Position numbers and translations under genes: made by a program
From: Dudresnaya verticillata
Lineage: Eukaryota
Direction: 5' to 3'
NCBI GenBank assembly: GCA_977862235.1
Contig: OZ374564.1
Location: forward strand, 1,364,001 to 1,428,000
DNA length: 64,000 bases
Notes under the pieces: generated by a model
The model's database searches: none
What the model saw: only the letters and a program-made list of their open reading frames with translations
Told to the model about the DNA's origin: nothing
Part shown: one piece after another, positions 34,529 through 48,146 of the stretch
Layout: the number at the start of each line of letters is the position of its first letter
Position numbering within the stretch: the stretch's first letter is position 1

Positions 34529-37500
34529 ATGTCTGAACATGCGGAGAAGGTCCGAATCAAGCCAGTTGATGAGAAAGACGACTACCGTCTTTGGCGAATT
34601 CGTATCTCGGCGGCATGCGACAGTAAGGGGATCGAAGAAGTTCTCTCTCACGAAAAATGGACAAGCGAGTGTACCACTACTCAAGACAAGTTCAACGCCG
34701 ATCAGAAGAAAGCCAGTAATATTATTGTGGCTTCGCTCTCCGATAAGGCCCTTCGTGTGGTTCGTGCTGAAATTGGTAAACCTTTTAGGATGATACAGAA
34801 ACTGGATGAAAGGTACGATTCTAAATCCGCAGCATCAAGAATCTCCAAAATGACCGAGTTGATCGGTATGCGATATGAAAGTATCACGAAAAGTATGGCC
34901 TCTCACATAGATCAGATGGCAGCAGTTCTTGAGCAACTAAAAAGCATGCGGAACCCGATTCCTGATGAATTGTCCATTGCATTACTTGTTTCTTCCATTA
35001 AAGCACCGGAGCTATATGCGGTCGCGGCTGCAGTCAAAACACTATCAGATGAATCTATGTCTTGGGAAAAGATTACTGCAAGATTATTGGAAGAACATCA
35101 GAGCCTGGCAGGACAGATAAAAATCAAGGAGCGTGTATCACAAATGCAGAAAAGCTGTGAACTCTGCAAGAAGAAGGGACATACCATTGATAAGTGTTGG
35201 TTAAATCCAAATAATCCACAGAATAGACTTAATATCAATACGGACGATTCTAAAATACCAAAGGGAAGTGAAAAAGGATCTCACCAACAGCAGAAATATG
35301 ATAACGAAGACAAGAAAGATAGAAGAAAGAAAAGGGCCGCCGTGGCTCGAGGGAACTTGGCCAACTCCCAAAAGGAAAAGCTGATGATGCTGGATTCTGG
35401 GACAAGTACTCACATGACTAATGACGTACTATCAGTGAACGATACAGCCATCTGCAAAGTTCCAATCTCTCTAGGAGACGACTCGGAGATTACAGCGACC
35501 CATAGAGGATCTAGCAAAGTATTGTGGAAATCTAACGGCATCGAAACGGAAGTCAAACTTTCAGACACACTGGTCGCACCGAAGCTTGCCATGCCGCTAC
35601 AATCTATACCAGCATTGACAGAAAAGGGTTTTTGCGTTCTTTTCCTGCCGGAAAGAGCAATTATTTTGGATATAGAAGATAACCTCCGGGAAATTGGATC
35701 AGCATTCAAAGCAGCAGATGGACTATTTTATATTCCTATGGACGATACATCGTGCAAAAAGTACTGTACAAGGAATGAAAAGCCTCTCACTCAGGCCATG
35801 CGAGCCGTAGTTAGAAGCCATGTCACACTGTCAGATGACATATCAGATACTGAATCAGATGCTGACGATATGCCAGAGTTGTGGAGCTCTGAGGACGGTA
35901 ATGAATCCGAAAGCGACGACTTTGATTACAATTCGGATTGTGATTCTGAGACAGAAAGCGACTTCGACGCTGCATCTGAGACTATAAGTCTCACAGACAT
36001 ATCCTCCGTCCCAATTTTAGAAACCACTTCTCAGCAGACTGGCAACTCAAGTGTGCAGAAATGGCACTACCGATTAGGTCATCTCGGGAACACAAAAGAT
36101 ATTGAATCCCTTATCAAGAGTGGAGTGCTACCGCAGCTCTCCAAGAAAAATTTACCATGTGAACCATGCCTAAAAGGGAAATTTAAGCGCTTCTTTAAAG
36201 GTAAGATTACAAGAGCAGAGAAGCCTGGTTTTATTCATGTCGATTTAGTCGGAAAGGTTGACCCTAAGTCTGTTGAGGGATATCAATATTTTATGACAGT
36301 CATTGATGAAATGTCACGATATGTAGAAGTTTATCTAATGGAACGCAAGTCAGAGGCATCTGAATTACTGATCAACTTCATGAAAACATTCGAGAGACAG
36401 ACAGGAGAACTCTTGAAGTCTTTGCATACAGATGGCGGGTCAGAATTTCTGAAAGCTGCGAAAATGTTTCAAGATGAAGGTATTACTGTATCTACCTCTA
36501 CTCCTTATACGCCACAATCCAATGGCTTAGTAGAAAGAACACAAAGCATTCTGCTATCAGCAGCTCGTACATGCTTGATTCAGTCTAAATTGCCACTTGA
36601 GTACTGGTCTTATGCAATTCAGCACGTATCACAGGCCAGAAATATTGTGACACATTCAGTAACAAAATCGTCACCTTATGTTAGCTTATTCAACTCCTGC
36701 TCCTGCACCTTATGCAAAACATATAAGGCCTTTTGGCTGCCGAGCTATTGTTCAACCTGTAGTGAAGAAGCAGAAGAAATTTGCGGCACGATTAACAGAG
36801 GGAATTAATCTCGGACACATTAATGGTGGAAGGTATAAGGTGCTAACCGGTACGAAAGTAATAATAAGTAAGCATGTACGTTTCAAGGAATTAGAATTCC
36901 CCGGGCTGGACCTATTTAAGACTGCAAATACAGTGCCGAATCAGGCAGACAGTAACACAGACTACGCTACATCTTCCGAGAGCTCTGAATTAGATGGTCG
37001 CACGGAAGAAGAAAAGTCGACTGAAGAAGACTCCGATTCAGAAGCTTTCAAGGAACGCAACACAGAATCTGACTTAGAAATAACACCGCAGGTCACAGAT
37101 AACTACAAACCAACTGTTATCTGGCTTGACGACTTATCATATATTCCAGAGCATCCATCAACGTATCGGGTGGAAGAAGAAAATGATACAAGCCACGGGT
37201 ACAACTTGCGGCCTCGTAGCAACAAGGCTATGCCTAAATCTATAACCACCGAAGACGAACCCCCGCTTAAAACTGCTCTAGGATCAGCTGAAGCAGACTT
37301 CTGGAAGGAAGCCATAAATGAAGAATTCAACACAGTCATAAAGGCTGGAACGTACCAAGAAGAGGATAGGCCTCCACGAAGGGCTATCGCATCTGGTATT
37401 GTACTCAGACTGAAAAGAGATAACAATGGCCGGCCTGCACGCTTTAAAACAAGGCTAGTGGCACGCGGAAATATGCAAGCAGTTGATGAATCTGCATATG

Positions 37501-38834
37501 AAAGTAGATATGCACCGGTAGCATCTTTTGACCTGGTGCGAATTCTGCTGGCTCTATCAGTAATGTTTCAATGGGTACGTCATCAAGTGGACGTGAAGGG
37601 TGCCTTTTTGTACTCGCTACTACCGAAGGATACGGATATCTGGCTCAAGCTTCCTAACATAGATGGCGTTAAAGATGCAGATGGAAGAATACTGAAGCTC
37701 CGAAAGTCACTTTATGGACTTAGACAGGCACCTAAGCTTTTGTATAAAACATTGCGGTCAACCTTGCAGAAGATAGGATTTGAACATCTATCATGCAGTG
37801 AATGTCTCTTCCGATTGCATTCAAAGACTTCACAAGTAATATTGGTGGCATATGTGGATGACCTTGCCCTATTTGGTGACGAAGGCCTCATCCAAACCGT
37901 TAAGAAGAAACTTCAAGGGTACTTTACAATCACGGATCTGGGTCCGCTAAGTCACTTTCTTGGTGTTTCCATCACTGAAAAAGAATGTGGTGATATAATT
38001 ATGACGCAGCGTCCATTGATCGAAAAACTTCTCAATGACACGAACATGACTAATTGTAATTCATCACCAACCCCACTACCGTCAAGTCATGTACTCTACG
38101 ATCCAAGGACAATGCGAACAGCAGAAGAGGAATTGCAAATGGAAGCAGTACCCTTTTCCAGCGTGCTGGGAACTCTACTCCACTTAAGTACCAGGACAAG
38201 GCCTGATATCGCAACAGTAGTATCTATGTTGGGGAAATTCAGCGCTTCACCGAAGCCAGTACATTGGAAAGCCCTCAAACATGTACTCAGATACCTGAAA
38301 GGAACTGTAGATTACGGAATATCCTACCGTAACAGCGATGTACTCTTGGAAGCATGGAGTGATGCAGATTGGGCTCGGGAACAAGATAGTAGACGATCAA
38401 GGTCAGGCATTGTTTTAACAATTGGGGAAAACCCAGTAATTTGGAGCTCTAAGTTGCAACAGTCAGTTGCAGTCTCAACCCCTGAGGCAGAGTTTTATGC
38501 TCTCGCAGATTGTCTGAAACTGGTGAAATGGTGCCGACAGGTCCTCACTGAGCTAGATATTACTATACAATTGCCCATTACGATTCATCAAGATAACCTA
38601 GGCACTATTCGATGGACCAACGATGTCCAAGGACTTAGAAATGTTAAGCACATTGGAATTCGCTACTCATTCGTCAAAGCAGTGGACAAAAATGAAGTTC
38701 AAGTGATATACACTCCGTCAGAATCAAACAAGGCAGATTCTATGACCAAGTCGCTCGTAGGATCAAGTTTTCAAATTCACCGAGATAGACTACAAGTCGA
38801 GTCTTCGTCTTCGCGAGGGGGAATGTCAGAATGA
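34529..38834 (+). CDS. Copia Gag-Pol (gag, PR, IN, RT, RNase H) with one frameshift near 36685
   Basis: CELCKKKGHTIDKC, LDSGTS, WHYRLGH...CEPC, HTDGGSEF...NGLVER, KSLYGLRQAP, YVDD, WSDADW. Confidence 0.93.
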
Positions 38835-38981
38835 GTCGGATACAGCAGTATCCTTATCAGCACGATGACTCGGATGCAAATGCATTATGAAGTTGACTTC
38901 ATATCTATATATCGAATACAAAGTATTTGATATGTAACACTACAAACAACAAATATTGTTGTATCCTTGTACTATCTACAG

Positions 38982-40026
38982 TGTGGAACCCCACTGCAAA
39001 TGCTTTTCGGGAGTCCTTTCCGCGAACCCCTTTGGGCGCGAAGGTCGGCTGACCGAAAGAGCAGCTCCGGAGAGTGTGACCAAGACAGGTGACAGACTGT
39101 CTCGGAGAAAACCTCGCGCTGGCCCGATTCAGGTTCCAGCACGAAAACGGAGGCGAGGGCCGAGTCGGGCCGGGAATGCGGAGAGGGACCAAAAAACACA
39201 GTAAAGGCAGCGTCTGAGAAAAACCTTGATCGTGAGAGACGAAGAGGGTAGACGACCTAGCCAAAGAACGTGCCATTTCCACTTTATCCTCTCTCCCTTG
39301 GCGATCCCGGTGAGCAACAAGCGCTCCCCTACGGACGACTAGCGCCTGCGGCGCTACGGCGCTACTGATCCGCTGCCACACTGTCTTGACGGTATCGAGC
39401 CCCTTGCGGATCTGCTGAGTGTCACAGTAATTACTTTCGCGAGAAGCTTAGCGGTCTTGTGGAGGAGTTCGATCAAGCAAGATGGTAAATACCCGGCAGG
39501 GTGTTGGAGGAAGTAGTGAGGATACTACAGTGAAGCAGACAATTGTTGAGACCTTGGAAGCCCCGAGGCTTACCGGTATCGACACAGTCGACTTCGCAAA
39601 GTTCAAGCAAAGGCGAGAAATATACGTGCGCCGCGTGTCTGAGAAGAGCTCTGAGCAGGGATCAGCTATACCGCTGACTACTTTGCGCAATTCTATTGAC
39701 AAAGCGGTACTGCAGATGTTTGTAACGGCGCAGTGGGTTCCGGTAGATGATGTGGAAGAGATAACAGAGGACCATCTAGTCGAGTGTGTGGATCAACGTG
39801 CGACGATCCAGCCTGAGGATTATGACCTCGCGCAGATCGAGCGCGGGATCAGCCACGTCAAGATGGAGAAGGGCAAAAGCCTGGAGATGCAGGTCTGGAA
39901 GCTTGCTTTGAGCTATCGCAAGACACTCAACAATCTCGGCTACTCCTCCTTTGTGGAGCAGCAGCCTACGTTGTCGGTTCAACACATCTTCAAGCGTGTC
40001 ACCCATGACGCATTGCACACCAGAAT
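38982..40026 (+). mobile_element. 5' fragment of another LTR element (LTR-like segment plus truncated gag 39482..~40026)
   Basis: Starts TGTGG exactly where the copia LTR breaks. Gag-like ORF MVNTRQG... is fused to a family-A fragment at ~40027. LTR end uncertain (39380 or 39426). Confidence 0.6.
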
Positions 40027-42256
40027 GCCGCGGCTGACCCAGGGTTAGCACCCACGCCACGACGGCGACGTCCGGCGCGCTCAGCGCGGGCCATGTCGGC
40101 CATCGAGGCGAACCCAGAGCGCTCGACGCGCTCCCGCCGGTCGCGCGTGCCCCGATTGCGCTGGATCTTATAGAGGGCCCCTGTCTCTGGCAAGAAGCCA
40201 CACACGAACGCGTCGACGCGTGAAGAGAAGTGACGCCTCCGCGTGTGTTTCTCGGTTGCCGCTGCCACTCGGCGGACTACGCCGAGCAGCTCGCCGAACC
40301 CAAACGACTTGCCATCCGAAGGACGGAGCAAGTCCGGGAAACACGGCCTCTCGCTTGACCAGCCGGTCGCGAGGAAATTAATCAGGCGGTCGTCGAAGAC
40401 CCAGCCTGTCCCCTTCGCGAGGAGCTCGCTGCAGTAGCGGCGGCCCACCTCGAAGGCGTATTCATCTGAGCGCCTAGCCAGGAGCTCACGACGAGCAGCT
40501 ACGCGACCGACTGTCGCGTAGTGGAAACCGGTCTACGGTTATCCACGGGATAGTGAATCCCGATGGCGTCTCCCGGTGGGAGTACTACTCCGCTGATGGG
40601 AACCAGGCCGCGTCGAGCGCCGGATGCAACTTGCACCCCTTTGACGGACGTCCTTCGCCCGGGGCCTTGCACACGTCCCAGTCCCGCTCCCCGAAGCACA
40701 CCCCAAAGAGGCGGCGCGCAGAGTCGGCATCGGCCAGACGGTGCGCGAGATCCACGGGCTCGTCGACGGGCACCGTGCGCATCTCTGGGATGGTGGCAGG
40801 CAGGGGCGGGGCCCACTCATCGGCGGGTGTCAGGAAGAGGGCATCGGCTGCCCTGTCCACCCGCCGAAGCTCCTCAAGGGAGGCGACGTAAGAAACGTCG
40901 CAGGGTAACCCCAACGGCGTGAGCCAGACTATGGCGTCCGCCGGGAGGAAAGCGGCATAGGCTGCCGCCCCTCCGTCCACGCTCGCGTGGGCCACCCTCA
41001 GGAGCCGCCGGACGTCTGCCCGAGGCTCCTGCAGCCCGCGCCACTGATCCAGCGGGATCTGGTGGCGCGGCGCCCCCCAGGCGAAGACCGTCTCGGTCGG
41101 GGGCGCGTGCTGTCCAGGGGGCGCCTGGCCCATGAGGGGCGGTCCGACTGAGACCGACACCCCAACAAGAGGCACGACGGGCGCAGCGGTGGACTCACCC
41201 ACGCCCGCGGCCTCCCCCTCTGCGTTGGCAGAGGCCACTGGAGACGGCGTCGGGGCCGTCGACGGCCCCAAGCCACCAGAATCGCGCGGCACAAAGGGTG
41301 CCGCCGCTGCGGGGACTTTCCCCGACCCTGATGGCGTGGGTGACCTCGACCGACTCAGGTCGAGCACCTTCGCCACCATCGGCACCGCGGAGCGCGAAGG
41401 CTGCTCCGCGGGTGCCCCTCCTCGCGTCGACGCGGTTTGATTGCTGTGAGCCGTAGGCTCTGCGCGAGGCGGGCCAGTCGGGTGAAAGACCCGAGCCGCC
41501 GCTACTGGGCGCGGGGCGGCAGAGGCCGCCCCACTCGGGTCCCTCACTCTCTTGCCCTGCGCCGCAGCAAGGGCCACCGCCTCTGACCAGACGTCAGCGG
41601 CGGGCGGTGGGGTGGAGTTGGCGTCGACGCCACCCGCCCCGGCGGAAGAAGCCGGCGCAGGAGCAGCCCCGGCCTTGCCCAGCGCACCCGTCGATGGGGG
41701 CGCTTCTTCTGGCGCAACCGTCGAAGGTTGCGCCTCTTCTGTAGTGACCGTCGAAGGTCGCTCTGCAGTTGGCGCGGCCGTCGAAGGCCGCGCCTCCCCG
41801 CCAGCCGGCGCCCTTGGCACCGGCTCGGCAGGCGCACCCCCTACGACTGACTCAGTCGAGGAGGTGGGCTTGGTAACCGGCGCCCCCTCGGCGGGGGCGC
41901 CGTCCGCGATCGGTTCGCGTGACTCCATCGCCGCGTCGACGCTGGCGATGGGGGAGGAAGTTGAGAGCGTCGAAAGCTTGGAGCGTATGGCACTGGTCGA
42001 CAGGCAGCTGTACGCGTGGGGGAGGGAGTGTTGGTGGTCGTGGTGAGCGATGACCAGACCACCCACCCCTCGGAGCCGCAGAGGCGGCTCCCTAAATAGC
42101 CCGTCGCGGCTCAGCGCGGGCACACCCGACGTGGCATCGACGCCCGTCACCGACGGACGCCCGGGAGCCCGCTGGCCAATCCCGGGCGCCGTCTTGGCCA
42201 CCCCACAGCGTGCGCGTTGTAACGGTCGCGACCGAGGCGTTCGCGCTTGAGGGGGG
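40027..42256 (+). mobile_element. Family-A 3' internal fragment (antisense gene copy with ATG at 41928 on minus; PPT at ~42247-42256)
   Basis: Inverted near-identical copy of ~10942..13170. Stop at 40585 and an indel near 40527. Confidence 0.93.
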
Positions 42257-43867
42257 TGTAGTGCCAGGGGGTTCCCCCTTTTTTCGCTTTCAAGCGGGTT
42301 GATATTCCGCGTCTACCGACGGGCGACCGCCAACGGCGCGCTCAACCCACCTGTGGTGCAATGGCCGTACGCGGCTGTAGAACACCCCCGAGAGTTCGGG
42401 CTCGGGAGGGTAGCTGCGCGATCACGCGAGAGTATCGCGTAAACGCGGTGGTAGAGCTAGGAAGCAACCCGGCGGCGGACTGTAAACACCGTCGGGTTGT
42501 CTGTGGGCGTGGACGCCAAAAGTAGGTGACCACCAGTGAAGGGGCGTAGACGCCAAAGGTGAAGGGAGGATGAAGGGATAAGGGGAGGAGCGGAAGGGGT
42601 AGAAACGGGGAAATGAAGGGAGCCGAGCGCGGCGCGGGGAGGAGCAGCGGGGAGGTGCGCGTAGGGAGCGTCGGGCTGGCGGTTGGCACGGGTTGCGCTA
42701 GCCTTAGCCCGCGGTGACGCCGAGCAACGAGCTCGTGGGTCAGGCGCGGGGGAACTCGGCTGCAGAGCCCATGCTTGGGGTTGGTTTACTGAGGGTGGCC
42801 GGCGCTACTCGCCTTAAGTCCCTGGCCACGGCGGTAGGATAGTTAGGGCTACCATACACTACCTACAATAAACTAACACTGACACCTCAGTGTACCTAGT
42901 GTACACTGAGTGTCGACTGCTGTAAAGGGAAATGTAATTAATAGGAACGCGCGCGGGCAAGCCCAGAATGGGCTGCGCGCGTCCGAAGTGGGCCGGCGTG
43001 GCGACGTGTGCTATCTAACGAGCACACGTGTGTACGCCTTCGCGAGTAACGCGCTGATCACGTGGTAACACGAAAAGGGGCAATATCGTTGCACTACACC
43101 ACCCGCGGGGTGGTGTGGCCAAGACAGCGCCCGGGATTGCCCAGCGGGCTCCCGGGCGTCCGCCGGTGACAGGCGTCGATGCCCCGTCGGTTGTGCCCGC
43201 GCTGAGCCGCGACGGGCTATTTAGGGAGCCGCCTTTGCGGCTCCGGAGAGCGAGAGCGGTCCGGCCATCGCTCACCACGACCGCCAACTCCCCGCGTGCT
43301 GTCCCTTGTCGACAAGCACTGCACGCTCCAAGCTTCGACTCTTTCAACCTCCTCCTTCCTTCCCCTATCGCCAGCGTCGACGCGGCGATGGAGTCACGCG
43401 AGCCTATCGCGGGCGGCGCCCCTACGGAAGGGGCGCCGGTCTCCAACCCCGCCACGTCGACCGAGTCAGTCGCGGTGGGTGGACCTGCCGAGCCGGTACC
43501 AAAGGCGGCGGCGTGCGGGAAGGCGCGGCCTTCGACGGCCGCGCCAGCCGCGGAGCAACCTTCGACGGTCGCTGCGGCAGAGGCGCTACCTTCAACGGTT
43601 GCGCCAGAAGAAGCGGCGCCAACGACTGGTGCGCTAGGCGATGACGGGCACGCTCCTGCGTCGGCTTCTGCTTCCGGGTCGGGTGGTGTCGATGCCAACC
43701 CCACCCCAAAGCCCGCCGCTGACGTCTGGTCAGAGGCGGTGGCCCTCACCGCGGCGCAGGGCAAGAAAGTGAAGGACCCGAGTGGGGCGGCCTCTGCCGC
43801 CCCGCGCCCAGTAGCGGCGGCTCGGGTCTTTCAGCCGACTGGCCCGCCTCGCGCAGGGCCTACAGCT
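42257..43867 (-). mobile_element. Element D fragment: distinct LTR (42257..43098) plus a divergent antisense-gene 5' part (ATG 43388, +)
   Basis: TGTAGTGC...GCACTACA termini. MESREPIAGG... paralogue with TATTTA at 43218. Confidence 0.8.
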
Positions 43868-45210
43868 TGTGGCATAGACGTCAGGTCGAACTGACGTCTA
43901 GCTGCGCTGGTCTCGTAGTCGCACCCAGACCCGTCGAAGGGTGGTAGCGGTGGTGGTAGAGCGGTGGTGTCGGCCGCGCGCGCCGTCGACGGTCGCGGAT
44001 CAACGGCGTCGAAGCCTGAGCGCGCACGGGGCGTACCGTACGCGGGCGGCAGCGGCCGGATCCCTGCGTCCCCGTCGTGGGGCGGCACGAAGCCGCCGGT
44101 GGGGAAAGGAAAAGGAAAGCCTAGGCGGCTAGGGAAAGAGGGAAGCCGTAGGGCGAAGGACTGGGAAAGAAACCCAAAGCAGAAAGGGGCAAGCCTGGCG
44201 TAGGTTGGCTTGCCTGGATTACTGAAGCCCAGAGGGGCGACTACTATATATACTACAGGGCCTGCGGCGGCACCAACCCGGGAGGTGCGCCGGCGCACCC
44301 CAACAAGCGTCGACGCGTACGGGTAACGGCAACCCGGGGGCGCGCGTGGGCCAAACGGTCCACACGTACTCAACGGCTCGACGCCGGAGTGCGCGCGCGC
44401 GTGTCACGCACTCAACGGCTCTGCGCCGGAGTGCATGCGCACAGTGCGCGGGACAGCAGGGCGTTCGACTGCCGCTTACACTAGACGGTGCTGCACACTA
44501 CAAAACAATGAACGTAGAAATTACATGGGAGTTTCAGTGTCACACGCGTACGCATGCACACACGGGCGCCACTGCGCACTTCCTTACAGTTTAGCGGGGC
44601 TTCGGCGCCACCGGCTGACAGCGTGCGCACAGCAGTGCACACGTGGCGCAACTGGTCTTACAGCTGCGCGTGCGTGGCACAGCTGGTCTTACAGCTATGC
44701 CACACAACCCCCCCTCAAGCGCGAACGCCTCGGTCGCGACCGTTACGACGCTCACGCTGTGGGGTGGCCAAGACGGCGCCCGGGATTGGCCAGCGGGCCC
44801 CCGGGTGTCCGTCGGTGACGGGCGTCGATGCCACGTCGGGTGTGCCCGTGCTGAGCCGCGACGGACTGTTTAGGGAGCCGCCTCTGCGGCTCCGAGGGGG
44901 GGTAGTCTAGTCATCGCTCACCATGACCACCAACACTCCCTCCCCCACGCGTACAGCTGCCTGTCGACCAGTGCCATACGCTCCAAGCTTTCGACGCTCT
45001 CAACTTCCTCCCCCATCGCCAGCGTCGACGCGGCGATGGAGTCACGCGAACCGATCGCGGACGGCGCCCCCGCCGAGGGGGCGCCGGTTACCAAGCCCAC
45101 CTCCTCGACTGAGTCAGTCGTAGGGGGTGCGCCTGCCGAGCCGGTGCCAAGGGCGCCGGCTGGCGGGGAGGCGCGGCCTTCGACGGCCGCGCCAACTGCA
45201 GAGCGACCTT
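43868..45210 (-). mobile_element. Family-A fragment: 3' LTR 43868..44704, PPT, and start of the antisense gene (ATG 45036)
   Basis: High identity to 10103..~11444; truncated at 45210. Confidence 0.93.
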
Positions 45211-45642
45211 GGCTAACGGACCATTCCTTCGAAACTTATGGCGGTTTGCGTGAATTTACCCAAAATATTTCCAGGTATTCTGAATTTCAATTTCCTTGCG
45301 TCGATTTGGCCCGGGCGGCCCACTCCGCGGTCCGCACTGGGCCAAATTGGAAATTGCCGGCCCGCAGCATGCCCCTCACCGCGCGCGCTGCATGCGCGCC
45401 GCATCGCCCATCTGGCCCGCCCCGCGCGTGCTCGGCGCCGCCTGCAGACTACCCCGTTACCAATTTTCGGCTTTCTGGTGCAACGGGTGCACTGTGCTGT
45501 GCGCGTCTGTGCACAAATCCGCACGCGACCGCATACAGACTGCCTCGTCACCCGCCCCCCCCCGCCCCGCCCCGCGACGCACAACGCCTTGGACAAAACC
45601 TGCTGTCGCAGTTGCCCACCCGCGTGCACACCGTGGATCCCG
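45209..45642. repeat. Inverted copy of the repeat at 18..449
   Basis: Near-identical reverse complement, joined to the family-A fragment through a TT microhomology. Confidence 0.92.
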
Positions 45643-45674
45643 ATTCTCAACTAACCCCTTTACTGTTCTTGCTA

Positions 45675-45754
45675 CTTACACATCTGAACCAGGGTCTTCC
45701 ACCGTCCACTCCTCGAGGAGTGGACGGTGGAAGACCCTGGTTCAGATGTGTAAG
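45675..45754. repeat. Perfect 80-bp spacerless palindrome
   Basis: CTTACACATCTGAACCAGGGTCTTCCACCGTCCACTCCTC followed by its exact reverse complement. Confidence 0.97.
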
Positions 45755-46409
45755 GATCCAGCACTTCCCACCCTAAAAGAGCCATCACCGCTAGAGCCCC
45801 TCGCATCACCCCCTCTCCAACCAAGCCAGCCCTCTCAATCATGTCGCGAGTCCACCCCATCATCTGGACCCGGAGCCAGACAGTTGTGTCCAGCTCCTCC
45901 GCAGCCAGTGCGCGAGCCTCGTCCAGCCCAGCGCGCAGGGCACGGACCTCTTCAACCAGCGCCAGCGGGGCTGGGTCGGTCGGTAGCATTCTGGCTGTAT
46001 ATGGCCGACCTCCGGCCTCGGTCAGCTTCCTTTTGTTCAGACGCATGTCACTCCATGTTGGTAGCGGCGCTGAAAATGATCCCGATAGAGATGCAACTCT
46101 CAAGCTTTGTGTTATGAAGTTACGAAATTACCTGCAGGGCTGATGCAGTTGATGTCGTGCACGTCACGGCAACAGTAACCACCTAATTCAGGACTGCAAG
46201 TCCTACAAGGCAACCTCGCACATTGACTGAGGTCGATGTCCACTCGTTCGCGCGTTAGTTTCGACAATTCAGCATTACTAGGCGAGGCATGACTCTCGAC
46301 GCTGCTTCGAACTATCGCTGCAACCGCTTTCAAGCATCAACTGAATCCTTCCTGAAGAAGCCGAAAATTTGCAGGAAGCATGACGGGGACTGTGCATGCG
46401 TTGACAGGG

Positions 46410-46925
46410 TCGGACCCAGAGTAGGTTCGGCTAATGTCAGAGAAGGTCGTCCTCGCTTATTTACAGAACAAAGTTGTTGGTAGTATGTCGAAGAAGGAGT
46501 CCCACGTGGTATCAAACAACCTGCCGCTGCATCGTGCGTTCTCTGCGTTTTTGTTCGATACCAAGGGACGCATGCTTCTCCAACAACGTGGAGCGAAGAA
46601 AATCACCTTTCTGTCGTTCTGGACGAAAACCGTATGGGCTCATCCGCTCCACACGCCTGCTGAGCTTGGTCGGGAGGACAGTGGAGATGCGCTTGCAGGG
46701 GTCATGCGTGCTGCCATGGAAGCTGTCTCATGAGCTAGCTCGGTGTCAAAGAGGGAGAGGTCGGTATGGACGACCTGCACTACATGACTCGCATTCATTA
46801 GCGTTCTGAAAATGACGGAGGGGTGTGGGGTGAGCATAAGATTGATTACGTGTTCATGGCCGTGAAGGACGTAGCGCTATACTGCTATAGCTCCTGAACC
46901 ACATGAAGTCCGAGCAGTACGTATC
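46410..46925 (+). pseudogene. IDI1: Isopentenyl-diphosphate delta-isomerase (type I) pseudogene
   Basis: LHRAFSAFLFD..GRMLLQQR..KKITF. The WTNTCCSHP motif has decayed to WTKTVWAHP; WGEHKIDY follows downstream. Stops and frameshifts present. Confidence 0.88.
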
Positions 46926-48064
46926 TTCGTGCTTAGAATTATTAGAATTCATTGTCTCGGGTAGGTGAAGATAGATTTATGCAGTACGGGAGCGTTGGGT
47001 GCTTTGTAGTTGAAAGAGAGAGGTGGGGCGAGATGCGATGTAGGTGTGGGGCAGGACGACTTCCAGCAACATGCAGGTCTTGTGGACCGAACAAGATTAC
47101 CACCACTGAGGGCTGCCTTTACCCTGGGCTCAGCTGTCGGCCTCCAGAGCGATACACAGGCTGCCCTCCAGGCTTGACATAAATTCAACTTACCTACAGC
47201 CAAAAAAAGTTGTTTTCGCCAAGCTTGATACATCGGGACGCTCTTGTATATGCATACCGACGCCGATAAATTGCACTGGCTTGTCAGCAACGCAAGTGCA
47301 ACCTAAGGAAGGATAGAAGCTAGGCTTGCTCTGCACAGCAGGACTAATCGCTTCCACGTTGTTCAACAGCTTAGAACAACGCGTTTGCCTTTACTAGTAT
47401 CGTAGCAGTGGTACGTTCTCCGAGGCGCTACTGGAGATCCGCCTCATTAATAGAGCGCATCTGTGGAAATCATAATTCTTTTGTTGCAAAGTGGACGAAG
47501 GTGGGTGGCGGTGAGTGGTTTCGATGATACCAGCAGCATTGAGGACTACATGCAAAGGGGGGAGGGGCCTGATCATACATAATAGAGCCCCCGCCTGTGA
47601 TACCGCCCCAACTAGTCGGGTAGTCAGGAAGCAATCATAACAGTACGAAGATATTCATTTGAGCTGCCGTATCGGCGTATAACAAGCACTGGGGCCAGTT
47701 TTCGGGCCTGTTTTCCCGTTCCAGGAAGTCCAAACGGCTGAAAGCTTGGAACGGGGGCGATGTTGGGGTCTGAAAACCTAAGAATCTTTTGCCGCCGGTA
47801 ACTACAGCAGGTAACTTTTTCCGATCCGTAGCTGTCCAAGCAGCACCACCAAGTATCTCGCTAGAAGCGTTTAGGGGCGGAAGTTCATCGTGCGATACGA
47901 TTAGGCTCCAGCACGTGCCGAGTTATTGTGCGTTTCTTTCGCAGACAACCAATCGCGAATAAGCTCTCGATGCAGCTATATCGTCAGCGCCAAGCCCCGA
48001 CCAGCCCCGACCTGAATGGTCGCCATTCACCCATATCAAAGTAGTTCTAATGGTCATAAAGTCT

Positions 48065-48110
48065 GCTTCATGTCCATCCGTGTGTGTGTGTGTTTGCTTC
48101 ATGTCCATCC

Positions 48111-48145
<35 letters not shown>

Positions 48146-48146
48146 T
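48065..48146. repeat. (TG)n microsatellite within a ~31-bp tandem duplication
   Basis: GCTTCATGTCCATCC(GT)n occurs twice, followed by further GT units. Confidence 0.9.

Larger units (their letters stand above)
34175..38981 (+). mobile_element. Ty1/copia retrotransposon with its 3' LTR truncated by a later insertion
   Basis: 5' LTR 34175..34466, PBS 34467..34480, PPT GAGGGGGAA 38815..38823. The 3' LTR 38824..38981 is near-identical to the first 158 bp of the 5' LTR. Confidence 0.95.
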
